Below are positions 1-10,259 of a stretch of 64,000 nt of DNA, one piece after another; the first letter of the stretch is position 1; every line of letters begins with the position of its first letter. The position numbers were made by a program, and so were the translations under genes. Source of the stretch: Psammoneis japonica (taxonomy: Eukaryota). Under the pieces are notes generated by a model. That model searched no databases. It worked only from the letters and a program-made list of their open reading frames with translations, and had not been told where the DNA came from. The stretch is from contig QPGO01000054.1 in NCBI GenBank assembly GCA_008632985.1, positions 281,050 to 345,049 on the forward strand, written 5' to 3'.

Positions 1-248
1 GGCAGGGACCGAAGGAAGGGAAAGGACTGGGTACCACGCTTTTAATTTATAACATGGGAACCTCTTGGGAAGAGACGAACGCGACGCGACGTTCTTCTAA
101 CCGCATCTTGCAATGTTGGAAGCGCGGTTGTATCGCAACAGAAACGCATAATTAACAGCTTTTCATCTATAACTCTCCGTTCTAAAAGCATTAACCCTTC
201 GTTCCTGATAGCTGCTACTACTGTAGGAGCGTGATGATGCTCCACACT

Positions 249-1557
249 CTAGTCGGCCGTAAGACCGACGAGCTTTCTACTTACTCCCCACAATCGTTTT
301 GCGTCCTGCGAAAGAAAAGCAAGTATCAGGCAGAAACGTAAGTTCGATTCAGACATTAACAGATGCTCAGGACGTATACTGACGTCATGTACTTACAGCT
401 TGGTTTTCTGCAAAAGCGTTCGTCTCAGAGACCTGCGAATTTACCACATACGAACCAGACTTTGGCGGTGTTGAAGAAGCTGCACACCACACACTTGACC
501 GGGCACCTTGAGGAGGCGTCTTTTGCATAGTGGCAATAACCCATGCAAAAGCAATATTTGGGTAGCGCATGTACCACGGCATGTTCCGGACTACATCGGT
601 CCGCACGAGACCTGGATGAACAGCAAAAGCCTGAATTTGTGGGTATCTTCTTGCAAGTTCCTTGGTGAACAGAATATTTGCGAGCTTTGTTTGAGCGTAC
701 TGACCAAAGAGCGAGTACTCTCTAGTAGAATCGCAAAACATGTCATCAAAATCGAATCCATTTTTTGCAAGGGCAAATGTGCTGGAAGTTAAGTTCACCA
801 CGCGACCGCCGGCCTTTTTCTCAAGCAACTTGGGCAGAAGCAGCAGCGACAACAAAAAGTGGCCAAGATGATTTGCTGTCATGGTCAGCTCATACCCGTC
901 CTTGTTCAGCCTTTTCTCTCCCATCATTATTCCAGCATTATTTATCAACACATCAAGTGGTAATTTCAGGTCCGAAAAGCTCTTGACAGCCTGCTTCACG
1001 GAGGCAAAGTCAGACAGATCAAGAGGCACAAAGTGCATTCGGGACTTCACGTCCTCCCTAGACTTGTCGGATGGATATGACGACAGAATATCTTGCATAG
1101 CATCCTTTGCACGGCCCTCGCTTCTACATGCTAGTACAACTGTAGCACCTAGAGAAAGAAGTTGTCGCACAGTCTCCCTCCCAATACCTGCATTTCCTCC
1201 AGTCACAAGAACAACCTTGTTTGTCATGCAGTCTGCGCCAAGTTTAGGTGGCGGTCCACCTCCGACTTCATAAACCCGACTTTGATAAATCAGCCAAATA
1301 GATACCACCCAAAATACAATGCCAATATGCACCGTTCCTTTCCAAACTGATCCTTGCTCCATGTCACACATTGCAACGCTCGATGCCACCGCAACAGTCA
1401 ACACGGACAAACGTGCCGTAATTTGCTTCGTCATCGCGCTCCATTTGCACTCGTGAAAGAATGCATACATGCATAGAACTGAGACGCCATATAACGAAGC
1501 CAGCGCTGGTCCTGAAATCACTAAGACTAAGTACGACGGATCGCAAGAGAGGACCAT
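249..1557 (-). CDS. Short-chain dehydrogenase/reductase (retinol dehydrogenase 11-14-like) with N-terminal transmembrane segments; 2 exons (1557-397, 305-249)
   Basis: TGGNAGIG Rossmann motif, LINNAG, NHLGHF, YAQTK catalytic motif, VHPGLVRT. A GT..AG intron at 396-306 restores the typical C-terminus AENQA|DAKRLWGVSRKL*. Confidence 0.9.
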
Positions 1558-1883
1558 GGTGAAAACGAGAAAAAAGAAAAAAAAATGAGGCGCGATCGGC
1601 GATCGAGGACGACGTGGTGTTCGAGCTCTTTCTTTCCTCCCTGCACGAGCTCGAGATGGAAGATATTTTAACCATACCTAATGACTGTATAAAGTAAGCA
1701 TTGACATGGCAATATGATCCAAACGGCGTTCGTGAGATGTTAAGTATAGGGCAATATAATCGATGACACTCCAATACTGGGCTTAAGTGAGAATTATCAC
1801 TCGACGACGACAAACTCGCCGAGCGCGAAGAGCCGTTTTTTTCCCCAAACAGAAATTCCAACACAAATCCCAAAGAAACGACG

Positions 1884-2945
1884 ATGGTATCGAATTACGG
1901 CTTCCCGTTGATCATCTGCGCCTTGTGTTTGAGCTGCAACGCAAAGGATCATCTCCGTACTCGAGACGATGCTCCTGAGCAACACAGGGGACACGAATTT
2001 CTCGAATCAGCAACCGAAGTGATTGATGTTTACGGTGGATTGGAAGAAGATCATGATGGTCAGCTTCGTCTCCTAAACGCAGAAGGACACACTGTAGAGA
2101 GAAACGAGGAGGGAAGGAATCTCACGTCGAAGTCTACAAAGCTTGTTGTTGAGAATACGTGCAATGATATGGCTTTCGTATCGTTGAAATACACGTCCTT
2201 GTCTGGCCCACAGAATAAATATTTGTTCTTGCGGTCCCACCAACAGTTCGTTGAAGCTAATTTGGCCAATCCAGTCTTCACTTTGAGTGGAAACTGCAAC
2301 TCTTTCGCATGGAACCAACGAGTCAATGTGGGCTCGCTCGATCCCCCTCAGGTGAAACATGATTTGGTATGCGTCAACACACCGGCACCGACACCCAGAC
2401 CGACTCGTCGACCAACACCTGCTCCCACAAAGCCAAAGGAACAACAGTGGTTAGACGCTCACAATTCTAGGCGTCGGGAATTGTTTCGAAAGAGTGGGTT
2501 GTCAGCTGCAGATGTGAAGTGGAGCAAGAACATTGCTAGGAGTGCTGAAAACTACGCTCGACGACTCGTTGCCCTCGATGGTTGCAAGCTCAAGCATGGG
2601 GTAGGCGGTGACAGATATGGTGGCGAGAATTTAGCAATGCATTGGAGTAGAGCGGGAAAGGGCGCACCTCCAGACTTCATACTCAAGATGTGGTACGATC
2701 GTGAGAAAGACAACCCTTTCCTTGAAAAACTACATTACACGCAAGTTGGGTGGAGAAGCACGCGGTATGTCGGATGCGGAAAAGCGAGGAAACAGATTTG
2801 GGGTGGCTTTTGCGATATTCATGTGTGTCGATACATATCGAGAGGCAATTGTGCAATTTCAGAGAGCAATTGGAAGAGCAAAATGTTACAGGATCAGCAG
2901 TCATCAAAGTGTGGACCGCATTGTCCACCGGAAGGTTGCTTTTGA
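1884..2945 (+). CDS. Secreted CAP/SCP/PR-1 domain protein with a Pro/Thr-rich linker
   Basis: Signal peptide, PTPRPTRRPTPAPT linker, CAP motifs WLDAHN, YGGENLA, HYTQVGW, YVGCG, CRY..RGNC. Confidence 0.88.
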   Translation: MVSNYGFPLIICALCLSCNAKDHLRTRDDAPEQHRGHEFLESATEVIDVYGGLEEDHDGQLRLLNAEGHTVERNEEGRNLTSKSTKLVVENTCNDMAFVSLKYTSLSGPQNKYLFLRSHQQFVEANLANPVFTLSGNCNSFAWNQRVNVGSLDPPQVKHDLVCVNTPAPTPRPTRRPTPAPTKPKEQQWLDAHNSRRRELFRKSGLSAADVKWSKNIARSAENYARRLVALDGCKLKHGVGGDRYGGENLAMHWSRAGKGAPPDFILKMWYDREKDNPFLEKLHYTQVGWRSTRYVGCGKARKQIWGGFCDIHVCRYISRGNCAISESNWKSKMLQDQQSSKCGPHCPPEGCF

Positions 2946-2999
2946 GTTCACACGATACCAGAAAGACGGATAGAATATTGCTCCATCCTTCATCACGAT

Positions 3000-3367
3000 G
3001 GATTTTAACGTCTAAATTTACAACATCAGATTGCACGAGTAGCAAGGCTTTCGTATGTAGATCACATTGAATAGCTCTACAGTTCTGAGTTCTGAGGCGG
3101 AGCACAGGTGGAAGAGATGATTCATTCTGCATTACTATCTCCGTCTTCTATTTCCGCCGGCTCGTCTTCACCAGTCTCCAAGTCGCGTTCGTTGCAGATT
3201 TTTGTTCTTCCTTAGATGTAGCTTCGGATGCTTGACCATTGTCGATAACCCTTCTTTGAGACTTCGTGGACTTGTCCGAAGCATAGAATCGTTCAGACTC
3301 GAGCTTTCGGACGAAACTCTCTAGCTTCTCTGGGATCAGCCCCGTGGGCGTATGTTCGGAAGCAGCT
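3000..3367 (-). pseudogene. Orphan duplicate of the 3' end and 3' UTR of the TrmO gene (paralogous to 21154-21478)
   Basis: Direct nucleotide similarity with small indels; peptide HTPTGLIPEKLESF..KLESERFYA matches the C-terminus of the TrmO ORF. Confidence 0.85.
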
Positions 3368-3539
3368 GGCATAGCTAGTGGAACGGTACAATTACAATAA
3401 TGCAAATAAGTAAATGAGTGAGTGGCGTCCCTTTTGAAGGCAAGTACCATAACAAACATAAGAACTGACACATGTCAATGGTATTTACACAGCTTCTTGA
3501 GTCTTTCCAACTGCGTAGGTATAATCCCCTTAACCCGAC

Positions 3540-4090
3540 TTACATGCAACGCAACAAGGGTGTGTCTAGATTCAAAAGATTGCCAAGTTCCGATGGGATG
3601 AATCCAGAAAAGTCAATGGATGACAAGTTGAGAGTATACAACTTTGTCATGTTGCCCAGCTCCGTGGGAATCGTCCCTCGTACATTATTTACACCAGCAA
3701 ACGACAGCGCCAAATTGGTCGTTTTCAAACAAATACAAATTTCAGATGGAATCGTTGTAACCAAACCGTTCATGTTTTCGCCAGCGTCAAAACGTTCTCT
3801 GAGTGTGGTGTACCAAGTTCTAAGAAGTTAATATTTTGGACCTCTCCGCTGTTCCATGATAGGCTTCATCCCCCCGAGAGATCGGAATATGACGAACCTC
3901 GGTATGTAACGGGTTCTTCCGTATGCTATGCAAGTTTTGAACGTCCAAGAGTCTTTTCGTTCGCGCTCATGATCTTTCTGTCTCTCAGTTCTACGATATT
4001 TCATTCCTACGAACTACTGTATCATACGAAGAGCAACTTTACATCATTATAACAACCGCTTGGAGGGTACGGTACCTCTTCACTTGTGTC
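3540..4090. pseudogene. Broken plant-type LRR (receptor-like protein) gene fragments on both strands
   Basis: Minus strand GTIPTELGNMTKLYTLNLS..FSGFIPSELGNL (3540-3773). Plus strand GFIP.EIGNMTNL, a GT..AG intron, then YNNRLEGTVPLHLC (~3860-4090), with stops and frameshifts. Confidence 0.7.
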
Positions 4091-4379
4091 ACCACGTTTC
4101 AAGAGGGCACACCAGATTCTAACGTTGCATCCCTGTTTCTCAAATCTTTCAGCAGGACATTTCATTTATGCAGCACAACGACGTCATTGCAGGGCCACAG
4201 CAGGAGCTGGGGTGGGCCCTGGGAGCCAGAATCGGAGTCGTCGTAGGAGGTGAGGTCAGGCAGTTCGCGTCCTTGCAGAACACATCGGGTTGCCAGTCTG
4301 CTTCGCCATTCAGTGCAAGGTTCTTCTTCATTTCCCATGATTGAAGTGCTATAAGCACTCAGCAAGCGCCCTTTTGCTC

Positions 4380-5115
4380 ACTCGGAGAAAGGCGATTGCA
4401 GCAAATGTCGGGTTTTGCTTTCCCACCAAAGACTTCCCCGTCGTCGGACTAAACAACGTGACCAGCTGCGTCCGCATCAACAAGAACCTGCCCGCAGTCT
4501 CCATGATTTTCGGCTGCTTCCATCAAGTCTTCACCTGACTCTGTCGACTGTGCTTGCACATCGATGATGAAAACAATGAAACAAGAGACGACTCGCTCTG
4601 CACAAGGATGAGACGCATCTGAAATGAGGGAGCTCTTCTGCCCCACATCCCACAAATGTCCGGCGTGCGAGGAGTGGTGGTCCAAACGTTGTGCTTTCAA
4701 TTCTGGGAAAAGAGATGAGTTTTGGTTGTTGTTTGGTGGCATTTTGGATTTCATTTGGCAAAAGAAAACCTGTTGAATTGTGTGCTTTGTCCTTCTTTTC
4801 ATCTTGGCTGCAGGCAAAGCAACCTCCATCCATCAGGAGCACAGGCTCAAAGCCATTGATGGTCAAACACTCTGCTCTGCCCTCAACAAGCCATCTGGAA
4901 GGATGCCTTCAGAGACAAACCTGTTGCAAGAAGCAACAGATGACAAAGACTGGGTCTGTTGCATCTGAACTTTCTCCAAGATGAGTTGGCAATCCTTCTG
5001 CAGCTGTGGGAGGCAACGGAGGGCAGAGCATCAAGGACAATCCTTTGGCCCCACTTGGCACCTCACCACAGGCCATCAAGGAGGTGGAGGCAGGCTTGCC
5101 TTGGGTCAGAGCACT

Positions 5116-5146
<31 letters not shown>

Positions 5147-5147
5147 G
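4380..5147. repeat. Copy 1 of a ~750-bp direct repeat (copy 2 at ~6003-6758), ending in a (CT)n tract; TpA-depleted
   Basis: Aligns nearly base-for-base with 6003-6758, from actcggagaaaggcgattgc to gcacttgatttct. Many differences are CG/TG/CA/TA exchanges. Confidence 0.92.
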
Positions 5148-5499
5148 AACAACAAAATCGGCGCAGCCGATTTTCCGTCAAACATGACAAACAAAGAACA
5201 AGAGCAGCTGGGGCAGAGCCACCAGTTCGGATGTTTGTCCAACCATTTCGACAAATGGCAGGCACAACAACGTTGGCCAAAGTCAGGAGTGAGACTTTCA
5301 TGGTGGCTTCATCAGCGGCCAGCTGCTGTTGTTAACGTGGTTGAGGTTCTTGTTGCGTTAAAAAGATCCAAGTGGTGGAGGACAGGCGAGTGGATTCAAT
5401 GGACTGGATTTGAGTCATTCATCGTGCTGTCTCTCTCTCTCTCTCTCTCTCTCTCGTTGGCCTCCCTGTTTGCAACCCAGCAGGACGAAACTGGGGGGC

Positions 5500-6003
5500 C
5501 GGTGGAGGTGCAAAGGACACAGTGCCAAAGGAGGTTGCTGAGGTTGCACGACCGATTGCAACAAACGATCATGCACTCCAAGCCAATGCGTTGTCAATCG
5601 TGGTTTCGAGTGTTGGCAAGTGGTTGAGAGCAGGGTGGAGAGGCCATCGTTCCTTTCCAAATCTGTTGCAATTTGCTCAATGGTGGGTTGTTTGGATGAT
5701 GTGGGACGTGCAGGAAGATGGGGGATTGGTCTGGGGCGCTTCTGCTGTTGTCGCGTTGCCCCAAAGACGGTTGCGTGCCTTTTGAAAAACGGGTTGGAGC
5801 TTGCTGGGCTTGCAGCCTCAAGCAAGCAAGCAAGTGATGGTGAAAAAGTTTCATCTTCACTTTTGTGTCGGTTGGGTCTGAGCAAAGGTTCTTGAAGCGG
5901 AAGAGCATGCCCACAATTGGGCCGGTGAGCACTCCAGGTGGGTGAGCTGAGTGTGGTGGGACATGCAGATGTAAATTCATCTCTTTCTCACAGAGAGCGG
6001 TGA
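5500..6003 (-). mobile_element. Degenerate fragment of a Penelope-like retroelement (RT C-terminal/thumb and linker region)
   Basis: Translation LCEKEMNLHLHVPPHSAHPPGVLTGPIVGMLFRFKNLCSD...FLHVPHHPNNP...MIVCCNRSCNLSNLL resembles the PLE pattern LYEK..NLYLY.P..S.HP...R...CS...HLPYHP...Y.R..NL..LL, with Tyr replaced by Cys/His. Confidence 0.65.
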
Positions 6004-6758
6004 CTCGGAGAAAGGCGATTGCAGCAAATGTCGGGTTTTGCTTTCCCACCAAAGACTTCCCCATTGTCAGACCAAACAACGTGACCAGCTGCGTCCGCAT
6101 CAACAAGAATCTGCCCGCAGCATCCATGATTTTTGGCTGCTTCCATCAAGTCTTCACCTGACTCTGTCGACTGTGCTTGCACATTGATGATGAAAACAAC
6201 GAAACAAGAGACAACTCGCTCTGCACAAGGATGAGACGCATCTGAAATGAGGGGGCTCTTCTGCCCCACATCCCACAAATGTCCGGCATGGAAGGAGTGG
6301 TGGTCCAAACGTTGTGCTTTCAATTCTGGGAAAAGTGGTGAGTTTTGGTTGTTGTTTGGTGCATTTTGGATTTCATTTGGCAAAAGAAAACCTGTTGAAT
6401 TGTGTGCTTTGTCCTTCTTTTCATCTTGGCTGCAGGCAAAGCACCATCCATCAGGAGCACAGGCTCAAAGCCATTGATGGTCAAACACTCTGCTCTCTGC
6501 CCTCAACAAGCCATCTGGAAGGATGCCTTCAGAGACAAACCTGTTGCAAGAAGCAACAGACAACAAAGACTGGGTCTGTTGCATCTGAACTTTCTCCAAG
6601 ATGAGTTGGCAATCCTTCTGCAGCTGTGGGAGGCAGTGGAGGGCAGAGCATCAAGGACAATCCTTTGGCCCCACTTGGCACCTCACCACAGGCCATCAAG
6701 GAGGTGGAGGCAGGCTTGCCTTGGGTCAGAGCACTTGATTTCTTTCTCTCTCTCTCTC
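6003..6758. repeat. Copy 2 of the ~750-bp direct repeat
   Basis: See 4380-5147; also terminates in a (CT)n run. Confidence 0.92.
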
Positions 6759-6759
6759 T

Positions 6760-9700
6760 GGAGTTGTTGAAGTTCTTGTTCAAATGTCATGCAAGCCTGG
6801 TTCTGTTCACAACAAAATCATGAATTTCAATGACACCCATGACCCAAGCAAGGAGATCACATTGAGCAAGCTGTGAGGCCACTGGAGCAAAGTCATGGCA
6901 TCTCGCAGAGGGCTGACTTGTGCTCTTGCCAACATCATCAAAGCCAGCAGTCCAATGAGATAGAGGGAACTTCTTGTCATTTCTGCTTGCAATCTTGTCT
7001 CATGACAGCTGCTTCAATTGAGCTGCAAATTGGCTCAAGAAATTCTCAGCTTTCAGTCTCAGATGCCTGCTCCCAGCAGCAGAACAGAGAGCACTCACTC
7101 AAAAGCTTTTTAGATTGTCAACAATCAGCTGGGTGCAGACAAACAACAACTTTTCACCTGGGAAATGTGCCCAACCTTTGCAGCTTGTGGGGCAGCTTCA
7201 GCTGTTGGCAGCTGCCTCAATTTTGCCACACATTGGTGCCATTGGTGTCCAAGCCTGAAGATCATCACCTGCTGCTGGAGGCCCCTCTCTGTTCTAAAGT
7301 TGGCTGGTTTGTTGCAACTCTGACACAACAGGGTGACTCATGGTGCTGGTTGGGATGCTGTGGTCAACATGAACCAAACCACTTGGCTTGAAGCCCCTGA
7401 CCTCCTGAAAGTTGTCATGAATTTTCTCCTGGAGCCAAAATGAGGAACTGTGCTTAGATTGCCAATGCACTTGCAATGCTTTGCCCAAGTGAGATTGTGG
7501 GCTGGAGGAGTGAAGTGAAGTCATCCAGGACTTGTCAAGAATGGGCTTGGATGTCCGCTCCAAATGTGTGGCTTTTGGCAGCTCTGGGTGAATCAGAAAC
7601 TGTGTGCTTGAGCAAAAGCAGGTTTAGGCACAAGCATGCACAAAGATCCAGAAGAGTTTTTTGTGGACATTTTGAGCCAACAGGCAAACAAGTGGACCAC
7701 GCCATTTGTGCATCCAATGCTGCCCAAAGCACTGGCACCACACATGGCTGGCACCATGCTGCAGAGCACCAGCCATGCTGTGGTGGAAGTGGTTGGATTT
7801 GGACAAAAAGCAAGTGGCTCATCCACACACAATTTCTGAAGAGGAAACCAAAGATTCATCTCAAGCGCACCTCTGGTGTGGCAAATGCAGCACAACTCAG
7901 TGCCCTTTTGCTGGATCCTTGTTGTGTCAAAGTCCTGTTTGTGTTGTTCACTGTGCATGATGACTGCCATTCTTGCAGAGTCAATGCACAGAGAAGACTT
8001 GGCCAGCTTGGCTTGATTCTGATTTTTGACAACATTCATGCTCTGTTGCCTCTCATGGGAACACACGGCTGGGGAAACCTGTCAGGCAGCTGTGGAGCAG
8101 ATGCCAAGTGGCACCCATGGACCAGGTGTGCAGAGTGGTTGGGCTTTTAACCTTTGTTTCCTCCTTGCCATCATCCTTGCATGAGTGCAACCCTGAGAGT
8201 GCCCTCAGAGCTCAGCACTTGTTGAGGCTGGGCTGTTGCACAATTTTTGTGGTGGAAACTGCAGCAGCTGTTGTTGGAGACAGCTGCTCCCACCAAGTGC
8301 AGAGGCAAGCACAAATTTGTTTTGTCTGGCAGCTGGTGACAAAGTTTGGCTGAACAGACCACAGCTTCAGCCCACTTTGCTGGCTTCCACAGGCAAAACG
8401 AATGGCTCTTGCCTTGCAGACTGTGACTTGCAAGCTGTGCTGGGTTGTTTTTGAGTGGGTCCTCCCATGAAAACAAGTGTTTTTTTTGTCATTCAGACTT
8501 GCTGGGCTGTGTTCAAAAGAGGACATTGTCATTGACAAGCTGTGCTGTGGCCGCTGGCAGTCCCCAAACTGCATTTGGCCTCTGTTGGGGGAGCTTTGCA
8601 AAAGAAATCCAAAAATTTTTCATTTGCCTTTTGGGAAGTTCTGGGGAGACAGGCTGGCAAGGATCATGCATGCAAGGATCATGCAAGTGGCAGCCCCTCA
8701 AATTTTGTTGACTTCAAATGTTTCTCTGTGGCCCGTGACACTGAGCATTGAGAGTGAGCTGTTGAGGGTGACCAACTGATGAGTGGAACAAACAAAGGAG
8801 GTCATGTTGATCCACTGCAGCATCACCCATCCCTCACCTGTGGTGGGGCCTGACAGCTGATGAACTGTGCTGCCATGGTCACTGAGGTTCTTCTGATGGC
8901 ATTGTGCAGCCATTGTGCTCAAGCAGCGCTGGATGTGAGGACAATGATTTTGATTTGCTGTCAGCTCCACGTGCTCTCAAAAGATCTCTGTTGGTGCAGC
9001 AGCAATTTCTGGGAATGGCAAAAGCATTGACAGACAAGACCATTTTTGGACATCTCTGTTGGGCATTCCAAGTGATCTTTGAAATGCCTCACAGGCCACT
9101 TGGCAATTGCCGCAGCACCACTTGTGTGCCTCCTCATGGAACCCCAGGTGTTTGCAGCTGATGGAGCTCCTTGGGTGCTCGCTTGTCAGACATTTTTTTC
9201 TCAAAATCATCCAGCACGTGCTTTGCAAATTTGGAACTGTGAATTGCTGCATTGCACATCATGGACTCTTTGGTGCAGCTGGGCACCATCTTCGTCAGGT
9301 GCACATGGCAGCCCACCAGCCTGACCACACAGTCCTTTGCAGTGAACTCAGCATCATGCACATGTTGGGGTTGTCTTTTCCTTGCACAGCAAAAAATCAG
9401 CCTTTTTCTTTTTTCTGTCCTTTTGTTCCTCCTCTTGGATGGAGTTGATGTTGGACATGATGATGTCCATGTGCACCAGCCATTGCAAGAGGTTGCTGAG
9501 GGGCAAAGTGATGGATCAAGTCATTTTTGTCACAGCATCACATTGGTGCTTCACATGACATGCCACCAACTCCACCGTTGATGAGAAGCTGTGTGGAGAC
9601 CATGGCGCTGCTTGGAAATCTGTGGAGATTTGCTCCTCCTCACTTGTCCTCATGGCACAGATGTTGTCTTTTGCTCAAATTCTTGCCCCAGTTGAGACTC

Positions 9701-9970
9701 CAAGAGCCAACAGATGAACTTGATTTCCCTGCTTGGCACCGTCAATGATGGGCCGACCACCTTGCTTCTTGGCAGGTGGGCACAGCTTCCAAGAAGCCCT
9801 TGCAACATGCTGGTGCTGGAGACACCTCCTTTGCATGCTGCTTCTTCAAGCTGTCAAATGCAATGGACATGACTTGCACCAAATTTTGTTCTTCTCATCA
9901 ATTTTGCAAACTGAGCAATGTGTGTTTCCCGCCAGAGAAACTCGAAGACCTCTGCTTCTCTCATCAGCAC
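6760..9970. mobile_element. Heavily degenerate, unidentified repeat/TE-derived DNA depleted of both TpA and CpG; host of the copia insertion, continuing at 17089-~18050
   Basis: No credible ORF and extreme TA/CG scarcity. The copia TSD shows that 9970 and 17089 were contiguous. Family not recognisable. Confidence 0.45.
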
Positions 9971-10246
9971 TGACAGAAATTGAAGGCAAATGGCAAGAAC
10001 TCAAACAACAACTCCTTGCTGCTGTCTAAATGGCAGATGAGTCTCTGCTCAGAGACCGTCACAGGAGCCGAAAGACGTGTGAGTTGGTACAATCAGGCTG
10101 CTGTTGTCATTCTTGTGAGCCTTGTGGCTCGAAAGCAAACTACATCGCGCGCGAACGCGCAGAACTAAAGCACACAAAACTGTGCGCGGCAAACCAAACA
10201 GCGCGCGACATTTCGCGCACACCCAAATCCTGTTTAAATCCTGTCA
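9971..10246 (-). repeat. 3' LTR of the copia element
   Basis: TG...CA ends; preceded on the minus strand by a purine-rich tract (AAACTGGGGAG, 10247-10257); about 23 substitutions relative to the other LTR. Confidence 0.95.
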
Positions 10247-10259
10247 CTCCCCAGTTTGC

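Noticed and set aside
6760..9970. Assignment to a MULE/SWIM transposase
   Set aside because: Only vague Cys/His patterns, which the mutational process itself generates; no DDE motif or TIR could be confirmed.
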